From: Phoronis australis
Taxonomy: Eukaryota > Animalia > Phoronida
DNA length: 64,000 nucleotides
Assembly: GCA_002633005.1 (NCBI GenBank)
Contig: NMRA01000318.1
Location: 428,145-492,144, forward strand
Direction of reading: 5' to 3'
Each line of letters starts with the position of its first letter. Positions within the stretch are counted from its first letter, which is position 1. Positions 13,935 through 25,608 of the stretch are shown in pieces. The notes beneath the pieces were generated by a model. It was not told the DNA's origin. It did not search any database and saw only the letters and a list, made by a program, of their open reading frames with translations. The position numbers were made by a program, and so were the translations under genes.

Positions 13935-15595
13935 AGGAGCATGCCACCCAAAAAACAACCTAATTTGTATCAATTTAGATCGAGTAGTTCTACTCCATAA
14001 CGACACGTACGGTTGCGTTACCTGACACCTGACGGCAGACGGAGGTGTTGAAATTATCCAATGACGTCATCGATTTCACACGCAGTCTGTTCAGCAGATC
14101 ACAACACGGGTTATCGCTTGAAGTCATCGTTTAACACGAATAAATCATCAAACTTCGATGTAAAACCCTTAAAAATACACCGAGTTCATATAAAAACGTG
14201 TTGTTTTATTTCGCTCTTACGGATTTATTGGTATTTGGATACACAGTAGCCTACAAAGTTCGGCAGGCCAATTTATAAGGTCCGTAGCAGGAGTTTGGGG
14301 TCTGTTCGGAGATAATTTCGAAGTATTTTCCGTGAGATACAGACAGGAGAAGCTAGATCTGTGTTATTTAGACTTATGATTTTTTGAGTTTTAAACACAA
14401 AACGCTTGTTAGCCTGGCCAGTGGCTCGGAGCCCGATCAGGCCCGTCGCGGCCGGCCGGATTGACTCGTTATCCCCTCCAGTGGCACGGAAACTGATCAG
14501 ACATCACGAACATAAACCAGCCAAAGTTCAGTGGAAACTAAACTTCCAGTCAAGAAAATACTATACTAGTGAGCCAAAGTAATGGGCACCTGATATGTTG
14601 GTGAATTAGTCACGAAACTGCTACTTACTCGTCGGGGGCCGCGAATTCAGGTTTCGCTTTGGCCACAACACCGTCAGGGCAGAAGTTGTACATTGACAAT
14701 CATTTTTTGAGTAATGTAAATGTAAATAAAGATTCCCGTAACACCTAGCCGTGGGATGGAAATCGTGTTGTTTCACAACAGTTTCTGCCAGCAAACACTA
14801 AATTAGCATGAGCTCATTCGGCCTAGGTGTCCCGTCAATTAGTTTTATTGCACCTAAACCAGGTAACGCAGTGATTTATTCATTGCTGACTTCTCAAATC
14901 ATTTGCACTCACGAACACTCCAAAGACATTACAAATTGCATCTAATGAGACAGACTTTGTTTCAATTTTATGTAAATATTGTTTAGGGTGAGAATAATTC
15001 ATTTTGAAACAGAACGCTCAGTAATAAACGCCAAAATGGCAACTTGCAATCCCGACTTAGGACGAGCTAGAGCTCATCAGTCCCGACTTCGCAGGTGGAT
15101 CGTTAAGTTTTACAGGCTATCAATTCGAACAGGAATACAGTGATGAAGAAATACTAGAGAGGCGCCGTGAACAAGCTCAGACAACGGAACGTATGGAGTT
15201 ATTTGTTAAGGCGGCATTCGTCAGGCACTGTCGACGTCTGCAGGCCACAGACACGGAGATGTTTCACGGCCTCATACTTGCTATTTACAGCGTACATTTC
15301 ATTCTTCGCTACCATGAGCCACGTTCTAGGCATTTCGGACTCTCGAGGTAGTAAAAAACGATGTACCCGCTTTCCTCGCAGCTGCTTAGTTCGGACAAGC
15401 GGGAACGATGCACCGCAACCGCAGCGGCATTCACTCTGCATACGAACCACTGACGTCGCTAGTGTTGTTTCTCACTTTCCTCACAGGTTAACGCGACACC
15501 TCTTGGCAATGTAAGGTCGACCGTATGCGAGGCGATGTGGATATAGACCGATTAAGACGGCAAAAAAGACTAATTAAATCGGGTAGCATTCTCCT
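13935..15595 (+). mobile_element. Non-autonomous Kolobok element with a P2X7-C-terminal-like (KolX) ORF relic
   Basis: TTAA at 13931-13934 and 15596-15599. TIR AGGAGCATGCCACCC / GGGTAGCATTCTCCT. Internal GYQFEQEYSDEE (~15115) and GSKKRCTRFPRSCLV (~15350). Confidence 0.75.
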
Positions 15596-15799
15596 TTAAT
15601 ACAATTGTTCGTATTTTGATTTTATCAACGTTAACGCGAGCTAGTAACAGACACTGCTCCAGTCGCACAGACGGCGTGTACTAAGCCTGGGTTCCTGAAT
15701 TAATTCGTGGTAAGTTCAAAATGGCGGTGTGTTCTTCGGGTCCGAATTGTGAGTGGCGCGTTTATTTAAACTTTATTCGATTACGGATTGTGTATTAAT

Positions 15800-17790
15800 T
15801 CTAAGGTAGATACTTCTTGGATCCTTATAACACCCTCTAACCATGTAATAAGGGTTAACAACGTGTGCTTCTTGGACTTTAATTCTTTTATACTTTCTGT
15901 TTTCATTACAGTTACAATTGTCTACAACTTACAAACGGAGATTTCCCTGATTTTTTTCAAATATGAGTTTTCACTGAAGCACACTTTGTTTGTGGTTGGG
16001 TGTCAATTTTTAACTATAGACTACACGCATCCTGTGTACAATTTGAAGTTAGACATTTCCAATACACTCAGTCTAAGCAGTTTTTTTAATTCTCTCTCAA
16101 AATTAGGCCTACTGTTCGGACTTGCCATTTCGAACTCCGCTTTCTGACGTATTCCAAGAGTTGTCCCATGATGAAATCATACACAACACACATAAACAAT
16201 TTCCTTGTCTATTTGTTCGATATATTGATCACAATTTCAGTAAGGGTTTCCCCACAGTGAATATTACTACTTCAAGTACTTATCGCAACAACTGTGCAGC
16301 TAAGTGAACAGCAATTTTAGCATCAACAGGAAAGTGAATTAGGAGACACCTATGGACCAAAACTTGTTTAAATGGCACGTAGAGGCTTGCAAACTCACAT
16401 AAGTTCGTGTATAACAGTAGTGTGCTGCTTAATTTCCGTATTTTATAATTATTTCTCAAAGAATCGCTTGGCTACGTATTGCTTCAGAATACACACTAGT
16501 CTGCTTAATTTCCATATCCTCTTTCCAAATGTCCCAAAAGGATGGTTTCTGAGAGTGAGTTAGTGTAACTGTTTTTATTACAAACAGTGTTGTCATTATT
16601 TAGAAAACGAATTTCCAATGGGCATTCATTCAGTTTATAGATTATAGAAAGACTAGCACCAGGAAGGCATTAGCACTCACAATAATCTAATGGTTGAGGT
16701 ACGTTTTCTTTATTGTCTGCACTGTGGGTTACGCTGATGTATATTGTGAGCGATTGTGCACTTCTGTTACTAATGCCGTTTAGAGCCACTGTTCAGTTCT
16801 CACATGGTTTTATCTGACAGTGAACACGTCACTGGACTTGATGCCATTCTTCTACTCTATCAAAATATCTAAACAAAATGAAGTTGTCAGTCGTTTCATA
16901 TCAAAAGCGTCGTGCATGAACAGACAAACCTTACTTTGGCCCATTTCCTTCCAACGAAAATGGAAGAGGGTTCCAGAAAGGGTAGCAAGAACGCCAAATT
17001 TAGTTTTTAGCCCATAACCACCATTTCTCGTCCATACTAGACGTAAGCCAGACTAGATTCTGAAAGAAAATTCTGTGCAGATTCCAAAATCGGTGTTCAA
17101 AAATGTTGTCATGATAGAACTGTGGCTTTCAAGGTGCCGTGCACTTTAAATACCAACAATGCGTGAGGCAGACACAAAAAATGTTTCATTAAATTGTTTT
17201 GCTTTCCTGTTGTGCGAGTTCCTGGAGTACGTTGTTCAAATTATTCTACAAGAAAAATGCTATCAATAAATATTTATAGTAAGTGCTAGTTTTCAAATCG
17301 ACACTTCAGTAATATCGTTTTTCTGTTCTTCTCAAGTGTTCACCTTTTTAAAAACAAAATACGTTTAGCTTCTGGATGATTGCAGACATATTGCACTTCA
17401 GAAAAAAATTCCCAGCACGTTTAATCGTCTGTGTAGTCAACAACGTCGACAAATATTGACAAAAACATGGCGGGGTAGACTTAAGTAAAGTTGCTCCTTC
17501 CTTCTGCGTTAGTTCATTTATGTACCCAAAGAACAATAATGGCCTTATCGTACAACCTTGACTCAAAAGGTCTTTGTTTTAGCATTTACAGTTGAATACA
17601 TACTTCGCAGAATTCTCAACGGCGGTCCAACGACAACTTTTGATGCTAGTATACATAAAATTTTAGTTCTTTATCAAATCATTTGCCTTGCTGAAGTCGA
17701 CATTAAACGCGTTACAGTACAGTTGTTTTGCTTTTGGTTTTGATGACTAGTTTTTCAACCAACCTGTTAACAATAAAAATATAACCTATC
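15800..17790 (-). mobile_element. Highly degenerate RTE-X-like LINE
   Basis: KQLYCNAFNVDFSKAND, LRILRSMYSTVNA, SQGCTIRPLLFFGYINEL, YYKYLLIAF and NLHRIFFQNLVWL occur in RT order. The left boundary is uncertain. Confidence 0.6.
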
Positions 17791-18589
17791 GTTGAATACT
17801 TTTCTGTGAACCGAGCTTGTTTTTCTGCCCATAACCACCGACGTGACACGAGTCCAACGGGTTATTGTACGGTCACGTGATCATAAAATAACCATTGGAG
17901 AGCATTGGTAATTAAAATAGAAAATTTTTCTCACAATAAACGAACATTTTTCCCACTCGGCCTTCTTTGTCACTCCTTCCTCAAATTCGCCTGTTCAAGG
18001 CAGCTTGTAGGCTAAACAAAGCTAGTGAAACTAATCGTTGTGAACTGAAGTGGTAACTACAGCAGAATTCTTGGTGTAAAAATGTCAGTAGTAATATCCA
18101 ATTACAATTCAATCAAAAAATTTTATTTTTATGACACAGTATCGACAAATCAACAAGATTTGTGTGCCTCCAACACAAAATCGAAACCAAGTACGCTTCG
18201 AAGTAAATCAAATTTGCCATAGCATTCACTGAACGTGTGACGCCTGCCTCAAAATTGCTGGCAAGGCTGGCCTGCCCCAAATATTTAATTTCTGGAAATT
18301 GCTCGCGGCTACAGTCTAACGGTACGGGACCACCTTTATACGATTCAGTAAAAAAAACAATTGCGTTGTAGCTGAACCGTCCTAAGGTCTGAGCAACAAA
18401 CAACTGTTTCATTGTCCACACATCGAGATCATATGGCAGGCGACAAAAGCCTGCAACTTCATTTGTGACGCCATCAAGTATAAACACAAAGAAGAATGAG
18501 AATTGAAAACACTCATTCTCGGTGATTTTTTGTGTTATATAATTGTGATAATGCTTTTAATACGTATTTTTATTTATATGTAAATGAGT

Positions 18590-18850
18590 TTGAATTGGAT
18601 GAGATAATGTGTGATAAGATGACACAAGTTATAGGCGGTAACGTCACACATGAGTCCGCTGGCTTTTTTCCCCTGCCAATCAATATGTTGGTTCAGACAC
18701 TCATAATGCCCTAATGATAGAGGAGGAGCCGGCTGTGACCCCAGAAAATACGATAATGTTCTCGCTTTCGCCTCAGTGGTATGTTATTTTGAAACGTCTT
18801 TCTGTTCGAGATTGACTTTCTGACCGACTCAAAGGTACGCCGTGGATGCT
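18590..18850 (+). repeat. Dispersed repeat; second copy at 55365-55597
   Basis: Shared GATAATGTG..ATAAGATGACACAAGTTA...GAAATACGATAATGTT...TATTTTGAAACGTC..TCTGTTCGAGATT. Confidence 0.8.
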
Positions 18851-19141
18851 GGAAATCACATTGCGCAATGATTACTAAGCAATAAAGTTCTTTTCAATAT
18901 TTCGAAAATGATTTTGCATTGAGAGACCTGTTACACTTTGCACAGACAATATCTATTACTTTTTGTAGTGTCCCTCCTTAGTTTCGACGATTAACTGTAT
19001 TCGCCATTACTCAACTTAATGACTATACAACACTGTAGTGATACGGTAAGTGGCTGGAGTTGTGCTCGGTCTGAAAACAATGATGCGATGTCCATGATAG
19101 CAAGTAACAGCATATGTTCACGAAAACAACAACGGATTTAA

Positions 19142-19189
19142 AACTTGACATGTTTCGGTGTCATTTATTAAACACCATCCTCAGAAGTC
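19142..19189 (-). ncRNA. Minimal type I hammerhead ribozyme (left pLTR)
   Basis: Exact reverse complement of 20421-20468. Confidence 0.85.
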
Positions 19190-19431
19190 ATAATACAGTG
19201 GCCACCTAGCTAGGCCCAGCAACAAGTAATGAAGCACAGATACAGTCAGTTACAGGGAGTGACAATGAACTATACCAACAATGACAACCTGTGGTGTGTC
19301 AGTTGCCTATTGAGATTGGGCTTGCACCAACTGATATGTAAAGCCTCACGAATTTTAAGCTCCTTTGTTGTTACTGCCTGGTCTATTATTGCAAAGTCAT
19401 TGAAAGAGCACTGCTGATAACAATGATTGGA

Positions 19432-20210
19432 NNNNNNNNNNNNNNNNNNNNNNNNNNNNNNNNNNNNNNNNNNNNNNNNNNNNNNNNNNNNNNNNNNNNN
19501 NNNNNNNNNNNNNNNNNNNNNNNNNNNNNNNNNNNNNNNNNNNNNNNNNNNNNNNNNNNNNNNNNNNNNNNNNNNNNNNNNNNNNNNNNNNNNNNNNNNN
19601 NNNNNNNNNNNNNNNNNNNNNNNNNNNNNNNNNNNNNNNNNNNNNNNNNNNNNNNNNNNNNNNNNNNNNNNNNNNNNNNNNNNNNNNNNNNNNNNNNNNN
19701 NNNNNNNNNNNNNNNNNNNNNNNNNNNNNNNNNNNNNNNNNNNNNNNNNNNNNNNNNNNNNNNNNNNNNNNNNNNNNNNNNNNNNNNNNNNNNNNNNNNN
19801 NNNNNNNNNNNNNNNNNNNNNNNNNNNNNNNNNNNNNNNNNNNNNNNNNNNNNNNNNNNNNNNNNNNNNNNNNNNNNNNNNNNNNNNNNNNNNNNNNNNN
19901 NNNNNNNNNNNNNNNNNNNNNNNNNNNNNNNNNNNNNNNNNNNNNNNNNNNNNNNNNNNNNNNNNNNNNNNNNNNNNNNNNNNNNNNNNNNNNNNNNNNN
20001 NNNNNNNNNNNNNNNNNNNNNNNNNNNNNNNNNNNNNNNNNNNNNNNNNNNNNNNNNNNNNNNNNNNNNNNNNNNNNNNNNNNNNNNNNNNNNNNNNNNN
20101 NNNNNNNNNNNNNNNNNNNNNNNNNNNNNNNNNNNNNNNNNNNNNNNNNNNNNNNNNNNNNNNNNNNNNNNNNNNNNNNNNNNNNNNNNNNNNNNNNNNN
20201 NNNNNNNNNN
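19432..20210. other. Assembly gap (N run)
   Basis: Run of N. Confidence 1.
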
Positions 20211-20420
20211 TGACTTTGCAATAATAGACCAGGCAGTAACAACAAAGGAGCTTAAAATTCGTGAGGCTTTACATATCAGTTGGTGCAAGCCCAATCTCAA
20301 TAGGCAACTGACACACCACAGGTTGTCATTGTTGGTATAGTTCATTGTCACTCCCTGTAACTGACTGTATCTGTGCTTCATTACTTGTTGCTGGGCCTAG
20401 CTAGGTGGCCACTGTATTAT

Positions 20421-20468
20421 GACTTCTGAGGATGGTGTTTAATAAATGACACCGAAACATGTCAAGTT
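20421..20468 (+). ncRNA. Minimal type I hammerhead ribozyme (right pLTR)
   Basis: Stem I GACTT/AAGTT, core CTGAGGA, stem II GGTGT..ACACC, GAAA, palindromic stem III ACATGT, GTC cleavage triplet. Confidence 0.85.
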
Positions 20469-21659
20469 TTAAATCCGTTGTTGTTTTCGTGAACAAATGA
20501 TGCGATGACAATGACAATGACTTCGAGGCGATACCTACCTTGGCATACTCGCTTACATTTGGATTGAGATACACTTACTGAAACCGGTCTGAGAATAAGT
20601 AGTTACAGATACGGGACTACAGGTAGAAAGCCCGTGGAATACAATGTCTAATTTTTTAAGTCAAGATGCGATGCACAATGAAACAAACCCGAAGTCCGCG
20701 CTAGCAAACACAGAAAGTCAGGCGACGCACATGCCGAAATACAAGATCCAGTTATCGACACAACTATCCCAATGTCATTTTATCAATAAGCTCATCTGCT
20801 GAAATGTTAATTTAATGATTTGAAACACGGTGTAATAATTGAACCAATCAAATTTAGACATTTTTAACACACTTACTGTCCTAATTTTTACTTTATAGTC
20901 CTTGTACATGTTATGACGTTTTCCATAATGCGTTGGTTCGGCTACTCACGCTATATGAGGGTGCTGAAAAGAAACGTACGGCCCTTTGTAAAAACGAGGT
21001 CAGTCGTCTAACCATTTTAACCAAACAAACGGCGGACACTTTAAAAGCCGGGTGTGGAAAATTAGTTGGACCTTTGGAACTGGCGTTTTCTTAACAGCAC
21101 ATTCCGTGAAACTGGGACTGTAATGTTTTTGAAATTTGGGTCTGCAAATGCTTCAGAAGCTCACGTATTTGGAACACTAACAGGGTGACTATGGCTGGTG
21201 GTTGGACAAGTTAGCCTATTCATTTTGGATAAACGGAGATCATTATTTTTGTCCCGATAAAAATGATTTCAAAATAAACGTATTGAAAATACAGTTAATT
21301 CTGTAAAAATGACTATTAGACCAATCCCATTCTCGTTAGGTAGCTATTAACGTCCATGATAAGGCAAAATTGCAGATCAAAAGTAATATTTTTAGACGAT
21401 GAATCAGCTTGGACCTAGGAAAGCATTAAATGCAGGATTCTGCTGTTATCTTGTGTCATTTTGACTACAACTGTTTCGTCTGGTACTCTGGTTTAACTTC
21501 TGCCACTAAAAGTAAATTACAAAGATGTCAAATCAAAATTTTCGATTTTCCTTAAATGTCTGTGGTCCGAGTTTTGGCCAAAAAACTCTTAACGCCGTTT
21601 TGGCCAATGTGTATATTAAAAACCTCGAACGCCGGAGAAATTAGGAAACTGAGTAGAGA

Positions 21660-21795
21660 TTTGACCATAAAACAAGGACACCGGCATTTAGCATCGGCGC
21701 TGTCTTCTATTAAAAACGCCGTTTGTTATGCCGATTTTGAGAACATTGTGGAAATTGACAGAGCTAGAAACGTCTTGTTTGATTTCACACCATGA
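21660..21795 (+). pseudogene. Polinton/Maverick major capsid protein C-terminal fragment
   Basis: TIKQG..LASALSSIKNAVCYADFENIVEIDRARNVLFDF matches the recalled MCP (PY) C-terminus ..YAEFENIIEIDR.RNV.FDY. Confidence 0.8.
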
Positions 21796-22050
21796 GGACT
21801 GATCAGATTACTACGATTCTTGAAACCGATGACTTTGGCGGTTGTCTTGCGAGTCACGAACTGTGTAATCTTGGTGTTGTTTCAAATCCAAATGCTTACG
21901 TTTGCAACTATGACCTTAGCCACAAACCTGGAACGCACTGGGTGGCTATTTATCTAGCCAAGGATAGAAAAGGAGAATATTTTGACTCGTGCGGCCTGCC
22001 ACCGCTATCGGAGAGAGAGACTTTCTGGAAAGAAATACCAATGGATGGAC
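21792..22050 (+). pseudogene. Polinton/Maverick adenain-like cysteine protease, N-terminal half
   Basis: AYVCNYDLSHKPGTHWVAIY..GEYFDSCGLPP (His and Asp motifs). The ATG overlaps the MCP stop (ATGA). The region with the catalytic Cys is missing. Confidence 0.88.
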
Positions 22051-22984
22051 AACCCGGACCAGACAACATGAGGTGTGACGTCATTGATACTTCCATCCGG
22101 TAGGCGGATGATGTCACATAATACGTGACCTTTGACCTTTCCCTTTGGATTGATGACCTTTGACTGAGGACCCGCAAAAACGTGCCACGAAAACAACATG
22201 CTGCCTTACTGTTCTGCTTTGAGAAACAAACGCGTTTATGAGAGTAGAGTAAACTGTGTAACTTTTTTGTTTTTAGCCAGCTAAACAGGGCGAAATTCAG
22301 CTTTTATATGCGCTAACTGCGAAGCGATACCGAAGCTCGTTTACAGTGAAACAATATGAGTAGGTGAGATAAAAGGTCATATATATTATGACAAACTAAA
22401 CTACTACAGATTTTGATAAATACAAAAGTTATATAATATGTTGAGCTGTAAAGGTGGGTGACAATCTGTCACAGATGCAGCAGAAGGATGCATCCGCCCA
22501 CCCAAGGGACAAAAGTAGCATGAGTAAAAGGGGCTAAAAGTAGGCACGAAAATGAGAAAAAGACGAACACGGAGTGGGACAGCTAGGCAGCATGACAAAA
22601 AACACAACAAGGTGTCGAAATCATAGTAACTGAAACCTTAGCGGAATATAAAGCTATAACATGAATAGATAAAAACTAAGGAATATACATAAGGAACATA
22701 CAAAACCAACAAAAAGCCTGCTGTCTACACAGGTATAGGTAAACAGAAACGGCGACACGTACCGACAAACATACATACAGATAAGAAGCAGCAAACGGAG
22801 GCACCGTCAAAAGTAAACCGATATAACGCATGGAAAAAAATTGCGAAGTAGGGAATAACCCGTAATAGGGCATGAGGTAAACCAACAACAAATATAAAAG
22901 GGACGGGAAAGCGTGCCCGGCAGGGCAAACCCCGAAAAGGTGAGTGGAAAGGGCGCGACAATGAAAATGGAGAGTGAGTGAATC

Positions 22985-23193
22985 AGGACACTGGCAATAC
23001 TTGCGTCCTAGGGTGAGAAATGGGGGGAGTGAAATAGACACTGGCGATATAGGTGCCCGTGAACGGGACACTGGCAATACAGTTGCCCCATGATGAGAGG
23101 GGATTGGTGAGTGAGACGGGGCACTGGCAATACAGTTGCCCCGGTGTGAAGAAACGGTGTAAGGAGGGGAAGCACTGACGATACAGCTGCCCC
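22985..23193 (-). repeat. Five tandem hairpin motifs in the YR 3' UTR
   Basis: Core GGGGCARCTGTATYGYCAGTG, + strand starts at 22989, 23039, 23069, 23122 and 23173 (spacing 50, 30, 53, 51). Confidence 0.85.
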
Positions 23194-23207
23194 TGGGTGG
23201 TGAATGA

Positions 23208-24130
23208 TTATGTCAATGAAGGAGTGGGAATGTTAGTAGCGGGGATGTTTAAGGATGAGAGGTGAATGTAGTTCTTGAGCGCGTCGGACTTCCAGCAGCC
23301 CATACGCTGAATGGTGGAGTCTGGAATTTGGAGGGTAGCAGCGGAGGTGGCTGCACCAATACGGAAACTATGAGATTTATAGAGTTGAGGATCGAGACCG
23401 CCACACTCGAGTACCAAGTTAAGGTGGCGAGTGAAGTAAGAGCGAGTTATGGGGGAACCATTGGGGGAACTGGAAGAGAAGGCCAGGGGAGTGTTTGGAG
23501 AGATTGAGGTAGTGCTGAAGTGTTGCAACAAGACAATGGGGACCGGTAGAACGGGAGATGACGAGAATGGTAGGAGTATGGTCATGATGTTTGTAGTGGG
23601 AGGTAATGAGAGACATGGACGTAGAGTTGACTGAGACAACAGAGACCTGGAGGACAGAGATGGGGGGGTGAGGCAGAGGTGGCGACAGTAAATTCGCGTG
23701 AAAGGCGGTGGAAAACATAGCAGCACAGAGAGATGCGTGGAAGTGAGAGTTGAGAGCAGAGGGTAAAGCCTTGAGAAGGCGGTGAAAAATAGGTGTTTTT
23801 ATCGGGAGCCGGGTGTCCACGGATGGCCGCGAATTGGGCACGCCTTTCAGAATTCTCTTGACCAGAAAGGAGGAGGTAGGTTCAGGCAAGGAGTCCAGTT
23901 TATGAATGAAACCTATGGCGGAGATATACGTAGAGATGGTGGATGCAGTTAAGCCAGACGAGAAGAGGCGTGCTATGTAAGAAGCTAGGTTCGATGTGGA
24001 GACAGGAAACACAGGCAAGGGACATGCTGGTGATGAATGGTAATGGAGGAAAAGGGAAAAGACACGGCGGTAAGTTGAAATGGTGGATGGGGCAAGGGAC
24101 GCCCGGAGGAGCGAAGTCAGAACGTAAGGA
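23208..24130 (-). pseudogene. Tyrosine recombinase (phage-integrase family) of the DIRS/Ngaro element
   Basis: SLAPSTISTYRR, TISTYISAIGFIHKL, DTRLPI, AMFSTAFHA (catalytic LR..E lost), then after a frameshift YKSHSFRIGAAT..QRMGCWKSDALKNYI. Confidence 0.92.
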
Positions 24131-24345
24131 ATTGCTGAGGAACTGAGTTCAGTGTTGGAGAGAGCCATGGAGCCATGGAAAATGCATCCTGGAAAAGAAA
24201 CTGAGACAATTTATCGGCAATGAAATTAGTTTTGCCAGGAATGTGTTTGGATTTGAAATGGATGTTATGGTGCAGGGTAGGGAGGACGAGGTGTCGGACA
24301 AGGCGCATAATGTTAGGGTCTTAAGAGGAAGTTTTATTGATGATA
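24117..24345 (-). pseudogene. DIRS/Ngaro RNase H C-terminus
   Basis: INKTSS.DPNIMRLVRHLVL..HNIHFKSKHIPGKTNFIADKLS. Confidence 0.85.
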
Positions 24346-24907
24346 TCTCAGTCGGCAGTCTTGATTTGAGCAAATGTCTGGCAGACGAGGGCGGGAATCG
24401 GTAATTTGTAACTTGAAATAACATTAGAAAAAAACACTGCGATACTTATTGTTTTATAGTGCTGGTCAAAGCTAATAACTTCAAAAAGTCTGTCCGATTC
24501 AATAGTAACCCTAAAGATGCGTTTTTCAGTTTTAAAAACGATATCTTTTATTCTCATAAAATAAGGCTCATAATCATGTGATAAAATTCCATTTCCGTGA
24601 CCTAAGAACATCTTAACTGTTACCGATCCGGAGATCACGAGTTTCATGACGACTCAAGAAACCGCTTTAGAGATTATTGGTGCTGGCCAACCCTAAAGTT
24701 ATGAATTCCAAAGTGTGCTACTGTAGTAACAGCTGGCAGACACGGCAATGTCTACGACAGCCTACAACTGCGATTTTGCATTATGTGACTGCGACAGCGA
24801 CTCGTTACAACATAATGTGGACTAGGTTTTACTATGTTCAGATGTTTTGACACACATGGTCATTCTTCTGACTATTGTTTTAAACTACTTGTTCTCTCTT
24901 ATTACAG

Positions 24908-24930
24908 TTCCCATCGACACAGAACAGTTC
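24908..24930 (+). CDS. 23-nt micro-exon of the coiled-coil / glycine-zipper gene
   Basis: Polypyrimidine tract then TTACAG acceptor, GTAAGT donor. Reads xPIDTEQF and ends in phase 0, matching the next exon. Confidence 0.55.
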
Positions 24931-25407
24931 GTAAGTATCCTAGTTGAATAAAAAGTAAGGTAAAAAATGTTTTGTGGAAGAGGGAAATTTTCAAGAAATT
25001 TTGTATAAATTACAGGTGAGTGAAAATTAGAATTGAAGTGACATTATGGGTGACAAAATTCCTTTTTTGAGATCTGCTGCAGCGCGGAATTGAACCTGTC
25101 ACCTCGTATGTTTTAGTCAACACTCTGCAGGGGCGGAGCTAATGCTATTCGATAAGTGTCTTATTGTGGTAAAGTCTCCAACTTTGATTTCAGCCAATGT
25201 CTGGTAATAAAACCACAAAAACAGAGAAAATTTTATTGTTTTGTAACTCTGTTCAAAACTCGTAACTTCAACAACAATACAACACACAAATGCGCTTTTT
25301 CGGGCCAAAAACAATAATGTCCCTTGAGAGACGTGTAATTGTGTTACCTACAACAAAAGTGTCACATAAACTTAAGATTACTTACAATTATAATAACTTT
25401 TTTACAG

Positions 25408-25608
25408 AATGATTTTCTGGAAGAATTTAGGAGTTTGAGAGTGACGATTGAAGAACAGAAAAGCCAAATCACAGCTTTAAAGCACGAGCTTGAAACTCAG
25501 CGAGAACAATTTCAAACCCGATTTGATCAGCTGGAAGGGAAAATAATGCAGTTGAAAGATGAGAACAGACAATTGGGAAGGAAGGTGGAGAAGGCGGAAA
25601 CTGGGAAG
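25408..25608 (+). CDS. Coiled-coil exon of an uncharacterised host gene
   Basis: TTTTTTACAG acceptor, AAG|GT donor, 67 open codons NDFLEEFRSLRVTIEEQKSQITALKHELE...GK with heptad character. Confidence 0.7.

Larger units (their letters stand above)
19091..20495. mobile_element. Penelope-like element with inverted pLTRs across an assembly gap
   Basis: 285-bp inverted repeat 19115-19399 / 20211-20495 encoding a GIY-YIG C-terminus (DFAIIDQAVTTKELKIREALHISWCKPNLNRQ). Flanked by the 12-bp direct repeat AATGATGCGATG (19079-19090, 20496-20507). Confidence 0.88.
22400..24345 (-). mobile_element. Ngaro/DIRS-group tyrosine-recombinase retrotransposon, 3' fragment
   Basis: RNase H C-terminus overlapping a YR ORF, followed by a pyrimidine-rich 3' region. 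The left boundary is approximate. Confidence 0.88.

Noticed and set aside
19386-20381. Long ORFs of 265-331 aa in the ORF track
   Set aside because: Artefacts of translating through the N gap.
20940-21240. Possible upstream exon (TRADD-N-like) of the coiled-coil gene
   Set aside because: Requires frameshifts, has stops, and lacks convincing splice sites.
22985-23193. CRISPR array (21-nt palindromic repeats with ~30-nt spacers)
   Set aside because: Eukaryotic retrotransposon context with no cas genes. The linkers resemble each other (TCACTC..CC..T.TCA) and one is only 9 nt. Reported instead as a hairpin array.
25083-25130. tRNA-like sequence on the minus strand (GGTTCAATTCC)
   Set aside because: Incomplete cloverleaf; at most a SINE head remnant.
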